64,000 nt of DNA from Chitinophagales bacterium. GTDB lineage: Bacteria; Bacteroidota; Bacteroidia; Chitinophagales; UBA8649. Shown here piece by piece: positions 39,966-49,302 of the stretch (position 1 is the first letter of the stretch; each line of letters starts with the position of its first letter). The position numbers and the translations under genes are program-made. The stretch is from contig JASJJC010000023.1 in the NCBI GenBank assembly GCA_037624485.1, positions 64,216 through 128,215 on the forward strand, given 5' to 3'. The notes under the pieces were generated by a model, which was given only the letters and a program-made list of their open reading frames with translations, was not told where the DNA came from and ran no database searches.

Positions 39966-41057
39966 ATGAACATTCAAACGATACAATTTTCACGCGAGAA
40001 GAATGCAGAATTCGTGAAAGAATTAAAGCATCGCGTTAATCAATATTTTAAGGAAAAAGGCATTTCCAAACATGCTAACTTTTCAATGGTGTTCAAGACC
40101 GTGTGCATGGTTGCAATTCTCGTTGTGCCTTACGGCTTTATGATGTCTGGTTTAATAAGCAGCATTTGGATTCATTACTTGATGTGGGTTATTATGGGAA
40201 TTGGGGTTAGTGGTATTGGAATGTCGGTAATGCATGATGCTAACCATGGCGCATACTCCAAGAATAGAACAATTAACAGAATTATCGGTCGGTTTATAGA
40301 TTTGGTGGGTGGAAATGCCACCAATTGGAAAATGCAACACAATGTTTTACATCATACCTATACGAATATTCATGGTTTAGACCAAGATATCAAGGCGGGT
40401 GCGGTATTGCGTTTATCTCCAGAGCAAAAGCGCTATAAAATTCATAAATATCAACATATTTATGCTTGGTTTTTATACGGATTAATGACGCTTCCGTGGA
40501 TGACAATAAAGGACTTTTTTCAAATGGTAGAATTTAGAAAAAAGAACTTAAATAAAGGGCGGTCACGAAAATTCTGGAAGGAGTATTCTATTATGGTAGC
40601 GATCAAGGTGTTTTATTACACTTACATGTTGGTTTTACCGATCATCTTTTTACCTTTCACATGGTGGCAGGTGGTTTTGGGCTTTGTGCTTATGCACTAT
40701 GTTACTGGTGCAACTTTGGCCACTACTTTTCAGTTAGCACACGTGATGCCTAAAACCATGAATAAATTAAATATTGTAGATAACAGTATAGAAGAAAATT
40801 GGGTCATACACCAGCTGGAAACTACAACTGATTTTGCTCGCAACAATTGGCTGGTTTCATGGTATATTGGCGGACTTAATTTTCAAGTTGAGCACCATTT
40901 ATTTCCAAATATTTGCCACGTACACTATAAGAAGCTTTCTAAAATAGTAGAGCAAACGGCGAAGGAGTATGGGGTGGTTTATAACAACATTCCAACGATG
41001 GCAAATGCCTTGATTGAACATGGAAAAGTTTTGAAGCGATTAGGAACAGTAGAATAA
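39966..41057 (+). CDS. Membrane fatty acid desaturase (front-end-type histidine boxes)
   Basis: 363 aa with His boxes HDANH, HNVLHH and QVEHH. The third box begins with Q. Confidence 0.85.
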   Translation: MNIQTIQFSREKNAEFVKELKHRVNQYFKEKGISKHANFSMVFKTVCMVAILVVPYGFMMSGLISSIWIHYLMWVIMGIGVSGIGMSVMHDANHGAYSKNRTINRIIGRFIDLVGGNATNWKMQHNVLHHTYTNIHGLDQDIKAGAVLRLSPEQKRYKIHKYQHIYAWFLYGLMTLPWMTIKDFFQMVEFRKKNLNKGRSRKFWKEYSIMVAIKVFYYTYMLVLPIIFLPFTWWQVVLGFVLMHYVTGATLATTFQLAHVMPKTMNKLNIVDNSIEENWVIHQLETTTDFARNNWLVSWYIGGLNFQVEHHLFPNICHVHYKKLSKIVEQTAKEYGVVYNNIPTMANALIEHGKVLKRLGTVE

Positions 41058-41070
41058 GAAATGAGCATAA

Positions 41071-41099
41071 AAAAAGCCCCAAGTTAAAGGGGCTTTTTT
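41071..41099. terminator. Bidirectional terminator hairpin
   Basis: AAAAAGCCCC-loop-GGGGCTTTTT between the convergent desaturase and frr genes. Confidence 0.7.
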
Positions 41100-41122
41100 A
41101 ATATCTAGAATATACAAATTAA

Positions 41123-41686
41123 TTAAACCGTCATAATCTCACTCTCTTTATTGCTGATGACGGAGTCAACTTTTGAAGAGTAATCGTTAACTACTTTTTG
41201 AACGTCCTCTTCAGCATTTTTCGCGAGGTCTTCGCTCAAGCCATCTTTTTCAAGTGATTTGATAAAATCCATCGCATCTTTTCGAGCGGAGCGTAAAGAG
41301 ATTTTGGCATCCTCAGCTTCTACTTTGGTTTGTTTTACCATTTCCCTTCTTCTTTCTTCGGTCAATGGGGGAATATTTAAACGTATGAATTCACCATCAT
41401 TTTGAGGGGTAAGTCCAATGTTGGCTTGAAGAATACCCTTCTCAATATCTTGTAAGGTGGATTTATCGAATGGCTGAATAGCGAGCGTTCTCCCATCGGG
41501 AGTGGTTACGCTGGCAAGTTGATTAAGTGGAGATAAAACTCCATAGGCCTCAACCATTACACTACCCAACATAGACGGATTTGCTTTTCCCGCTCTAATT
41601 TTAGTAAGTTGATTGATAAGATGCTCGATGGCTTTATTCATGGAGTCTCTCGCCTCATCTAACATCATTTCAATTTCTTCTTGCAT
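41123..41686 (-). CDS. frr: Ribosome recycling factor
   Basis: 187 aa with the full-length RRF pattern. Confidence 0.95.
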   Translation of the reverse strand: MQEEIEMMLDEARDSMNKAIEHLINQLTKIRAGKANPSMLGSVMVEAYGVLSPLNQLASVTTPDGRTLAIQPFDKSTLQDIEKGILQANIGLTPQNDGEFIRLNIPPLTEERRREMVKQTKVEAEDAKISLRSARKDAMDFIKSLEKDGLSEDLAKNAEEDVQKVVNDYSSKVDSVISNKESEIMTV

Positions 41687-41704
41687 AAGTATTTAGTTTA
41701 TTTA

Positions 41705-42412
41705 TTAATTAGAAACAATTGTACCAATTTTTTCTCCCTTTAAAAGCCGTGCTAAATTTCCAGGCGTATCCATATTAAACACTAATATGGGAACATTATT
41801 TTCTTGACATAAAGTAAATGCCGTAGTATCCATAATATTCAATTTCTGCTTAAGGGCATCTTCAAAACTAAGTTGGTCATATTTTGTAGCACTTGGATCT
41901 TTCTCTGGGTCGGAAGTGTAAATACCGTCCACTCTAGTTCCTTTAATAACAGCATCCGCATTAATTTCTGAAGCTCTTAAGGCTGCCGCAGAGTCGGTTG
42001 TGAAATACGGGCTTCCTGTACCAGCTACGAATATTACGACACGCCCTTTTTCAAGATGACGAGTAGCCCTTCTTCTAATGTAGGTTTCAGCTATTTCCTT
42101 CATTTCAATGGCAGAAACTAAGCGGGTATATATCCCAGCGGTTTCTAAGCCATTTTGCAGGGCAACTCCGTTAATAACCGTTGCTAACATTCCCATATAA
42201 TCTCCAGAAACCCGGTCGATTCCATTGTCTTTAGCTTGTAATCCTCGAAAGATGTTTCCACCACCTATGACGATTGCTATTTCAAAACCCATGTCGGTGG
42301 CTTCCTTGATGTCCTTTGCATATTGTATCACAACACTGGGGTCAATGCCAAATTGCTTACTACCCATAAGACTTTCACCGCTTAGCTTTAATAATACTCG
42401 TTTTAGTTTCAT
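41705..42412 (-). CDS. pyrH: UMP kinase
   Basis: The preferred start is ATG 42412 ([13 protein letters not shown], canonical N-terminus). The track's ORF extends 22 codons further upstream. Confidence 0.92.
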   Translation of the reverse strand: MKLKRVLLKLSGESLMGSKQFGIDPSVVIQYAKDIKEATDMGFEIAIVIGGGNIFRGLQAKDNGIDRVSGDYMGMLATVINGVALQNGLETAGIYTRLVSAIEMKEIAETYIRRRATRHLEKGRVVIFVAGTGSPYFTTDSAAALRASEINADAVIKGTRVDGIYTSDPEKDPSATKYDQLSFEDALKQKLNIMDTTAFTLCQENNVPILVFNMDTPGNLARLLKGEKIGTIVSN

Positions 42413-42511
42413 TTTCAATTTTGACACTAAAATAATCCTTTTCGTTAATAATTGACATAAAAAAAGCCCCTTCAACAATTTGGAGGAGCTTTTTTTAGAT
42501 TTAAATTGATA

Positions 42512-43489
42512 TTAGTCTCCTAATTCTATTCTTTTGAAAGCGACAATTTCAGCATCGTCACCAAAATCTTTGATGGCCGTACTCACCTTCATGTCAGTAT
42601 TCAAAGCAAAGAATTGATCAAGTAAACAGTATTCTTGGTCAAGTAAGGTGTTGTCAGCAATAAAACGATCTAATTTACCAGGGACAATGTTGTGCCAGAT
42701 TTTTTCAGGCTTACCTTCAGCGGCTAACTGTGCTTTGATATCGTCTTCAACTTTTGCCATTACATCTTGTGTTAACTGAACCATACTTACGAATTGAGGA
42801 ACATTCTTAAGGTGTTTACCTAGACGCACTCTTTCTTCATTTTCTTTTTCAATCTGACTCTTGAATGCTTCTGTTTCCTTGGCGATAAAGTCTGCATCAA
42901 ATTCAGTATAACTTAAAATCTTAGGATTCATAGCTGCAATGTGCATAGAAACTCCTTTAAAGAAGTTAGCAGCATCGTCCTTCGCTGATTGGTATGAAAC
43001 CAACACACCAATTTTGTTTCCAGCATGAATGTAAGATGAAATATTATCACCAATCATTACAGCAAAATTACTAATAGAAATATTTTCTCCGATAGAACCT
43101 ACTTTTTCAGTGATTCTATCTTTTACACTCACCCCGTCGATAGTTAGGGCCTCTAATTCTTCTTTGGATTGAACGTTTTCAGCCAAGGCAAGTTCAGCTA
43201 ATTCAGTTGCGAACTGAACAAACTCATCATTTTTTGCAACGAAGTCTGTTTCACAAGCTAGGTGAACAATAACCCCTTTCCCGTTATCAGCAGATGTTTT
43301 TGCAATAACAGCGCCTTCGTTGGCATCTCTTCCTGACCGTAATTCAGCAACTTTTGCACCCTTTTTTCTTAGGTAGTCAATAGCGCCTTGCATATCTCCA
43401 TTAGATTCAGCTAAAGCTTTTTTACAATCCATTAAACCCGCACCGGTTGAGTCTCTTAATTCTTTTACTTGTTGAGCAGTAATAGCCAT
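42512..43489 (-). CDS. tsf: Elongation factor Ts
   Basis: 325 aa with the N-terminal UBA-like VKELRDSTGAGLMDCKKAL. Confidence 0.95.
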   Translation of the reverse strand: MAITAQQVKELRDSTGAGLMDCKKALAESNGDMQGAIDYLRKKGAKVAELRSGRDANEGAVIAKTSADNGKGVIVHLACETDFVAKNDEFVQFATELAELALAENVQSKEELEALTIDGVSVKDRITEKVGSIGENISISNFAVMIGDNISSYIHAGNKIGVLVSYQSAKDDAANFFKGVSMHIAAMNPKILSYTEFDADFIAKETEAFKSQIEKENEERVRLGKHLKNVPQFVSMVQLTQDVMAKVEDDIKAQLAAEGKPEKIWHNIVPGKLDRFIADNTLLDQEYCLLDQFFALNTDMKVSTAIKDFGDDAEIVAFKRIELGD

Positions 43490-43584
43490 GTTTTTGTTTT
43501 TTATTGTTAATACATATTAATGAAAAACGGTCAAGCATTAGCCCGACCGTTTTTATTTTGGATGGGCGCGATTACGCCATTTAA

Positions 43585-44385
43585 TTACTTTGTTTCAGCG
43601 GTCTCTTCCGTGGTAGTTTCTACCTCTTCGGTTTTTGCTTCTTCGGTTTTTGCTTCTTCAGTTTTTGCTTCTTCTACTTTTTCTTTGTCTTTCATAGTCT
43701 GACGCTCAGTCAAACCTTCTCTGACAGCTTCAGCAAGATAGTTGGTGATTATTTCAATCGATTTAGAAGCATCATCATTAGCTGGGATAGCAAAATCCAC
43801 TAAGTTAGGGTTAGAGTTGGTGTCTACCATTCCAAAAGTTCTAATGCCCAGTTTTTTAGCTTCTTTGATTGCAATGTGCTCATGATTGATGTCCACTACA
43901 AAAATTGCCGCCGGCAAACGATTTAATTGCTCAATACCACCTAATACCGTATTCAGTTTTTCTCTTTGACGAGTCATCATTAAACGCTCTTTTTTTGTCA
44001 AACCCGTAGCACTTGTATCTGCTAAGATTTTCTCAATAGTTTGCATTTTCTTGATTGACTTTCTAATCGTACCAAAATTAGTTAACATTCCCCCTAACCA
44101 TCTTTCGGTTACGAAAGGCATGTTAATGCTTTTTGAAATTTCCTTAACTGTTTCTTTAGCTTGCTTTTTAGTAGCAACAAACATAATTTTTCTACCTGAG
44201 GCAGTAATTTGTTTCATTGCAGCAGCAGCTTCTAATAATTTATCTGATGTTTTGTTCAGGTCAATTAAGTGAATTCCTTTTTTCTCCATGAAAATGTATT
44301 GCAACATTTTAGGATTCCACTTTCTTTTTAAGTGTCCAAAGTGAACACCGGCCTTCAACAATTCTTTTTGATCTATTCTTTCCAT
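43585..44385 (-). CDS. rpsB: 30S ribosomal protein S2 with repeat-containing acidic C-terminal tail
   Basis: 266 aa with an S2 core and a (EEAKT)x3 tail. Confidence 0.95.
   Translation of the reverse strand: MERIDQKELLKAGVHFGHLKRKWNPKMLQYIFMEKKGIHLIDLNKTSDKLLEAAAAMKQITASGRKIMFVATKKQAKETVKEISKSINMPFVTERWLGGMLTNFGTIRKSIKKMQTIEKILADTSATGLTKKERLMMTRQREKLNTVLGGIEQLNRLPAAIFVVDINHEHIAIKEAKKLGIRTFGMVDTNSNPNLVDFAIPANDDASKSIEIITNYLAEAVREGLTERQTMKDKEKVEEAKTEEAKTEEAKTEEVETTTEETAETK
43626..43675. repeat. 15-nt tandem repeat x3.3 inside the rpsB 3' end
   Basis: The unit cttcggtttttgctt occurs at 43626, 43641 and 43656 (1 mismatch), followed by a partial unit. It is in frame and encodes EEAKT repeats. Confidence 0.85.
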
Positions 44386-44415
44386 GATTAAATTTCTTGT
44401 ACTTGCCTTATAATA

Positions 44416-44802
44416 TTAACGCTTACTAAATTGTTCTTTCTTACGCGCTTTTCTGAAGCCAGGCTTCTTACGCTCAACTACTCTTGCATCTCTTGTAAGC
44501 ATTCTAAGAGGCTTAAGTGCTATTCGATATTCTTCATCAATCAATAATAGCGCTCTAGAAATCCCTAACTGAATTGCTTCAGCCTGCCCCTTGATACCAC
44601 CACCTGCAACATTCACCGTGAAGTCGAAACTCTTAGTGTTTTCAGTTGCCACTAATGGCTCTATTACTTTGTTTTGTAAAAAGTCTACTGAGAAGTAGTC
44701 TTTTAAATCTTTACCATTTACGGTTACTTTGCCTTTACCCTTGCTGATAAAAACTCTTGCCACTGAAGCTTTACGTCTTCCTATCGCTGTATTTTTTTCC
44801 AT
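44416..44802 (-). CDS. rpsI: 30S ribosomal protein S9
   Basis: 128 aa with the C-terminal ...KKPGFRKARKKEQFSKR. Confidence 0.95.
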   Translation of the reverse strand: MEKNTAIGRRKASVARVFISKGKGKVTVNGKDLKDYFSVDFLQNKVIEPLVATENTKSFDFTVNVAGGGIKGQAEAIQLGISRALLLIDEEYRIALKPLRMLTRDARVVERKKPGFRKARKKEQFSKR

Positions 44803-44806
44803 AATA

Positions 44807-45247
44807 TTAACTTAATGTTTGAGGTTGTTGAGCTGTATGTGGATGCTCAGCACCTTCGTAAACAAATAATTTTCTAAACATTGCTCTACCCAATCTGTTT
44901 TTTGGAAGCATACCTCTGACTGCATTCTCAACAATTGCAATAGGCTTCTTTTTATTCAAATCTTTGGCAACAACTTTACGTTGACCTCCTGGATAACCAG
45001 TATAACGTACGTAGGTTTTTTGATCCCACTTATTTCCTGATAAATGTATTTTATCAGCGTTTAAAACAATTACGTTATCACCAGCATCAAAATGCGGAGT
45101 GTAAGTGGCTTTATGCTTACCTTTAAGGATAGTTGCAATCTCTGTGCACATTCTACCTAAGGTTTTGTTTGTAGCATCTACAACAAACCATTCTCTTTGA
45201 TAGTTTTGTGCATTTGCAAACTTAGTTTTGTAACTTGATGTATTCAC
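44807..45247 (-). CDS. rplM: 50S ribosomal protein L13
   Basis: 146 aa with a GTG start and an L13-typical N-terminus (SYKTKFAN...REWFVVDA). Confidence 0.93.
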   Translation of the reverse strand: MNTSSYKTKFANAQNYQREWFVVDATNKTLGRMCTEIATILKGKHKATYTPHFDAGDNVIVLNADKIHLSGNKWDQKTYVRYTGYPGGQRKVVAKDLNKKKPIAIVENAVRGMLPKNRLGRAMFRKLFVYEGAEHPHTAQQPQTLS

Positions 45248-45330
45248 GTTTTTAATTTTCTTTTGTTATAAGTTGTTGATTTTCAGTTTAATTATCGCCT
45301 TAAGACGAAATTGGTTAAAAAATCGGAATG

Positions 45331-45338
45331 CAAAGATA
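45331..45338 (-). promoter_or_regulatory. Candidate -7 box (TATCTTTG on minus strand) for the rplM operon
   Basis: The reverse complement matches TAnnTTTG, implying a ~75-nt leader before the rplM GTG. Confidence 0.35.
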
Positions 45339-45616
45339 AGCTTATTTGAGTTTCCAAACAATAGAGATTGATTGTTTTTTAATTGGACCTCTATAAGTTG
45401 TTGATAATCAGCTTAAATTTCGCAAACTACTTAAAGTTAGACCAAGCAATAACGTTAATAAAGCAGAGAGATAAGCGCGCTTTGATGTTTGAGATTTCAA
45501 GCGAAATGACGATTGCATAAAATTATTTTTTCTTCGGGGAATTTTTTAACAGAACCAAGTTGAGTTGCAGGGTGTTCTTTTTCTGAATTCTTTATCTAAA
45601 AGTAGTTATTTACTTT

Positions 45617-45624
45617 TACTTTTG
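45617..45624 (+). promoter_or_regulatory. Bacteroidota -7 box (TACTTTTG) for lpdA
   Basis: Matches TAnnTTTG and ends 25 nt upstream of the ATG at 45650. Confidence 0.45.
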
Positions 45625-45649
45625 TAATTGAATACTAAAAGAAAGATTT

Positions 45650-47041
45650 ATGTCAAAATATGATGTTGCAATTATTGGCTCTGGTCCTGGCGGGTATGTT
45701 GCCGCTATTCGTTGTGCTCAACTCGGGTTCAAAACCGCTATTATTGAAAAATATGACACTTTAGGGGGCACTTGTTTAAATGTTGGATGTATTCCTAGTA
45801 AGGCTTTATTGGACAGCTCAGAGCACTATCACAAAATGAACCATGAATTTGCAGAACATGGAATTAATGTGAACGAAGCAAGCTTAGATTTTTCTAAAAT
45901 GATAGCACGTAAGGACAGCGTGGTCGAACAAACTTGCGAGGGCATTGCATTCTTAATGAAGAAGAATAAAGTGGATGTGCTAATTGGTGTAGGATCATTT
46001 AAAGATAAAAACACGATACTGATTAATGGCAAGGATGAAATTACTGCAGAAAAGATAATTATCGCCACAGGATCCAAACCTGTGCATTTGCCTTTTGCTA
46101 AAATTGACAAGAAAAGGGTAATAACTTCAACGGAGGCTTTAAAGTTGCCGGAAGTACCCAAACATCTCGTAATTATTGGAGGAGGAATTATCGGATTAGA
46201 AATGGGCTCCGTATACCTGCGTTTAGGAAGCCATGTGACGGTTGTTGAATACTCCAATCGTGTAACTCCAGGAATGGATGGCGATATCAGTAAAGATTTG
46301 AAAAGAATATTTGCCAAGCAGGGTATGAAATTCGAACTAAGCACCAAGGTTAACGCTGTGAGTGTGAAAGGAAAAGAGGTAACAGTAAAAGCGGAAAATA
46401 AGAAAGGAGTTGCAGTTGAATTCAAGGGTGATTACTGTTTAGTTGCAGTAGGAAGAAAAGCATACACGGAAGGCTTAGGCTTAGAAAATGTAGGCATCAC
46501 AACAGATGATAGAGGGCGAATTGAAACCGACGGACAATTGCAAACAAATGTGCAAGGCATATATGCTTTAGGCGACGTGGTGAAGGGAGCGATGCTAGCG
46601 CACAAGGCGGAGGAAGAAGGTGCTTTTGTAGCTGAAGTAATGGCTGGACAAAAACCACACATTCATTATAACATGATTCCTGGTGTTTGTTACACTTGGC
46701 CAGAAGCTGCGGGTGTTGGAGCTACTGAAGAAGAATTGAAAGAAGCAAAAACAGTATATAAAACCGGTAAATTTCCTTATCGAGCATTGGGAAGAGCGCG
46801 AGCGAGTATGGATATCGATGGCTTTGTAAAAATTCTAGCGGATAAAAAGACAGATGAAATCTTAGGTGTCCATATTGTTGGTGCACGAGCAGCCGATTTA
46901 ATTATGGAAGGGGTTGTAGCCATGGAATATCGAGCTAGCGCTGAAGACATATGCCGCATGAGCCACCCGCACCCCACCTACAGTGAGGCATTTAAAGAAG
47001 CTTGTCTTGCTGCTACGGAGGATAGAGCGATACACGTATAA
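45650..47041 (+). CDS. lpdA: Dihydrolipoyl dehydrogenase
   Basis: 463 aa with GSGPGGY, the redox-active GGTCLNVGCIPSK motif and the C-terminal HPHPTYSE. Confidence 0.95.
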   Translation: MSKYDVAIIGSGPGGYVAAIRCAQLGFKTAIIEKYDTLGGTCLNVGCIPSKALLDSSEHYHKMNHEFAEHGINVNEASLDFSKMIARKDSVVEQTCEGIAFLMKKNKVDVLIGVGSFKDKNTILINGKDEITAEKIIIATGSKPVHLPFAKIDKKRVITSTEALKLPEVPKHLVIIGGGIIGLEMGSVYLRLGSHVTVVEYSNRVTPGMDGDISKDLKRIFAKQGMKFELSTKVNAVSVKGKEVTVKAENKKGVAVEFKGDYCLVAVGRKAYTEGLGLENVGITTDDRGRIETDGQLQTNVQGIYALGDVVKGAMLAHKAEEEGAFVAEVMAGQKPHIHYNMIPGVCYTWPEAAGVGATEEELKEAKTVYKTGKFPYRALGRARASMDIDGFVKILADKKTDEILGVHIVGARAADLIMEGVVAMEYRASAEDICRMSHPHPTYSEAFKEACLAATEDRAIHV

Positions 47042-47110
47042 TTTTATACCCAAAACTGCGGGAGGGTTTACCACTTGCTTTTAAATTCTTACTTAGACCA
47101 AAACACTTCT

Positions 47111-47142
47111 CAACAGGGTCTCTCCAGCGGAGGACCCTGTTG
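47111..47142 (+). terminator. Terminator-like hairpin after lpdA
   Basis: 10-bp stem CAACAGGGTC/GACCCTGTTG with a 12-nt loop, followed by an AATTTTA tract. Confidence 0.55.
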
Positions 47143-47160
47143 AATTTTAAATTTTAATTT

Positions 47161-48357
47161 ATGAGACTACATCGAGTATTGATTATTGGCTTACGACAAG
47201 CGCTGAGCGAAGCTTTGTTTAGCGATAAATACGCAGATAAGGTCATTGAAAAAACCCTAAAGGCGAATAAGAAATGGGGCAGCAAAGACAGAGCCTTTGT
47301 AGCTGAATCGTTCTATGATATTATAAGATGGAAGCGAAAGCTGGCCTTTTATATTGGGGAGGAAGTAAAACGCACGAACATTTATAATTTGATAGCGGCA
47401 TATCTACTTACCAAAGAATATGAAGTCCCGCTTTTTGATGAGTTTAAGGGCATTGATTTTCGCAAAATTGAAGATAGATTCTCAGAGAAAATAGACAACC
47501 CCGCAGTAGAACAATCAGTGCCGGATTGGTTGTTTGATCTTATTGAAAAAGACTATGGTAAGGAGACCGTTGAGATTTTAGCTGCTTTAAACAAACAGGC
47601 TGAGGTTTATTTGAGAGTTAACACACTTAAAACGACTTCTGAAAATGTCATTAATTCGCTAGAAGTTGAAGGGATTGAAGCGGTAAGTGTTCCAGGGCAG
47701 GAGAATGCGGTACAAATCAAGCAAAGGAAAAATTTGTTTAGAACTGCCGCCTTTCAAGATGGATGGTTTGAAGTTCAAGATATTTCTTCACAGCTTGTCG
47801 CGAAGGCCTTAGCCCCCAAACCCGGCATGCGTGTGATGGATGTTTGCGCAGGGGCGGGAGGTAAAACACTACATTTAGCAGCACTTATGCAAAATAAAGG
47901 ACAACTTATTGCATTGGATATATATGAATGGAAATTGAAAGAGTTAAAGCGCAGAGCACGCCGTGCGGGGGCCCATAATGTTGAAACAAGACTAATAATA
48001 GCAAAGACAATTAAACGCTTAAAAGACGGAGCCGATGCTTTGTTGATAGACGCACCGTGCAGTGGACTAGGTGTTTTGAAAAGAAATCCTGATGCTAAAT
48101 GGAAACTCGATCAAGATTTTATCGATCGCATTACAAAGGAGCAAGCAGAAATATTACAAACCTACAGTAAGGTCCTTCGTAAGGGGGGAAGAATGGTTTA
48201 TGCAACTTGTTCTATTCTGCCTCAAGAGAATGAACAACAAGTGGAAAAATTTCTAGCAAACAACGAGGAGTATACTTTGATTACTGCACAGACTTTGCTA
48301 CCACACATTACAGGTAATGATGGTTTTTATATTGCGGTTTTAGAGCGAAGAGCCTAA
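47161..48357 (+). CDS. RsmB/NOP-family RNA (cytosine-C5) methyltransferase
   Basis: 398 aa with SAM motif DVCAGAGGKT and catalytic motifs DAPCSGLGV and ATCS. Confidence 0.85.
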   Translation: MRLHRVLIIGLRQALSEALFSDKYADKVIEKTLKANKKWGSKDRAFVAESFYDIIRWKRKLAFYIGEEVKRTNIYNLIAAYLLTKEYEVPLFDEFKGIDFRKIEDRFSEKIDNPAVEQSVPDWLFDLIEKDYGKETVEILAALNKQAEVYLRVNTLKTTSENVINSLEVEGIEAVSVPGQENAVQIKQRKNLFRTAAFQDGWFEVQDISSQLVAKALAPKPGMRVMDVCAGAGGKTLHLAALMQNKGQLIALDIYEWKLKELKRRARRAGAHNVETRLIIAKTIKRLKDGADALLIDAPCSGLGVLKRNPDAKWKLDQDFIDRITKEQAEILQTYSKVLRKGGRMVYATCSILPQENEQQVEKFLANNEEYTLITAQTLLPHITGNDGFYIAVLERRA

Positions 48358-48363
48358 AAACAA

Positions 48364-48394
48364 AAAGCCGCTCACAATTCAATGAGCGGCTTTT
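48364..48394. terminator. Bidirectional terminator hairpin
   Basis: AAAGCCGCTCA-loop-TGAGCGGCTTT between convergent genes. Confidence 0.7.
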
Positions 48395-48414
48395 CGAAGA
48401 ATTAAATCAATAGA

Positions 48415-49017
48415 TTAAAACAATACAGACACACCTAAACGGATAGTGTTAGGATTTAAGTTTAATCCAAAATTTCCCTGACTTGTTTTTACACCTCCAA
48501 TCTCAGAGCTACTTGATGTGTAACCTAAGAAACCATAGTTAGCTTCTAATGCAATTTTTTTGCTTACATAAATACTCATACCAGGTGTGATACCTGCATT
48601 CAAAGCAAATGTGCTTGGTCCATCAACAGAATTTCCAGCAGTTTCAACTGAAGAACTTCCAAATGAAGTATTTAAACCTGCTTCAAAAAACATAGCAAAA
48701 TGATCTGCTGGCATCATGTAGTACCTTGCAAACGCACCACCGCCAAAAGAAAGGCCATTAGTTTTAACTTCTGCTGCACCTGATTCATCTTTTGAATTGG
48801 CCATAGCAAATCCAAGGTCTAAACCAACAACAATATTGTCTGAAACAAAGTATCCTACTTTTGGAGTGATTCCTAAGTTGAAGTTTGAAACATCAGCTGA
48901 TGGTGATCCTATATCAAAGTTTAGAGAACCGTTTAAAAAAATGTTTCCTTTTTCTGGTTGCGCAAACGCTAGGGTTGTAGCGAACAATGCAACTGCTAAT
49001 AATTGTAACTTTTTCAT
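48415..49017 (-). CDS. Small outer-membrane beta-barrel (porin-family) protein
   Basis: 200 aa with a signal peptide. It has alternating hydrophobic beta-strand patterning and a C-terminal ...GVSVLF. Confidence 0.7.
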   Translation of the reverse strand: MKKLQLLAVALFATTLAFAQPEKGNIFLNGSLNFDIGSPSADVSNFNLGITPKVGYFVSDNIVVGLDLGFAMANSKDESGAAEVKTNGLSFGGGAFARYYMMPADHFAMFFEAGLNTSFGSSSVETAGNSVDGPSTFALNAGITPGMSIYVSKKIALEANYGFLGYTSSSSEIGGVKTSQGNFGLNLNPNTIRLGVSVLF

Positions 49018-49302
49018 AATTAATTATTTTGGGTTTAAAAAAAATTTCGATACAAAGATTAACTTAAAAAGCCTGTGATGGGTATGAGGAATGAGTTTAA
49101 CAGGAATAGGACGTCCGAACATACCTTAGACGTGTGCTTATAGAAAGTCATACTAAGGGCTTAATTCTAGATGCGGTGTAATAATGCTGCCGCTAATATT
49201 TATTATTGATATTTTAACAACACTACCGGCAATTATCCATAAGAATGGGGGGTATGATTTTTTAGATTTAGATTAAATATAAGATATAATTTAACGGTTA
49301 AA

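Noticed and set aside
43626-43675. Short tandem repeats as a possible CRISPR array
   Set aside because: The units are 15 nt, contiguous with no spacers, and lie inside rpsB. I saw no CRISPR-like repeat-spacer structure anywhere in the window.
43520-43702. 60-aa + strand ORF with SSVFASSVFASSVFASS repeats
   Set aside because: It is an artefact of the in-frame 15-nt tandem repeat at the rpsB 3' end read on the opposite strand.
45829-46425. 198-aa ORF (plus 46432-46662 and 46777-46977) antisense to lpdA
   Set aside because: It lies entirely inside a confidently identified gene on the opposite strand. Its low-complexity Ser/Thr/Leu/Pro-rich translation is typical of the shadow frame of a real gene, and it has no motif.
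49018-49302. 285-nt gap between the OMP gene and the methylmalonyl-CoA mutase gene as a possible ncRNA or cobalamin riboswitch
   Set aside because: The gap lies downstream of the mutase and upstream of the OMP gene. I could not recognise a B12-box or any known ncRNA core; there is only a short GGTATG...CATACC hairpin. It is likely terminator plus promoter space.
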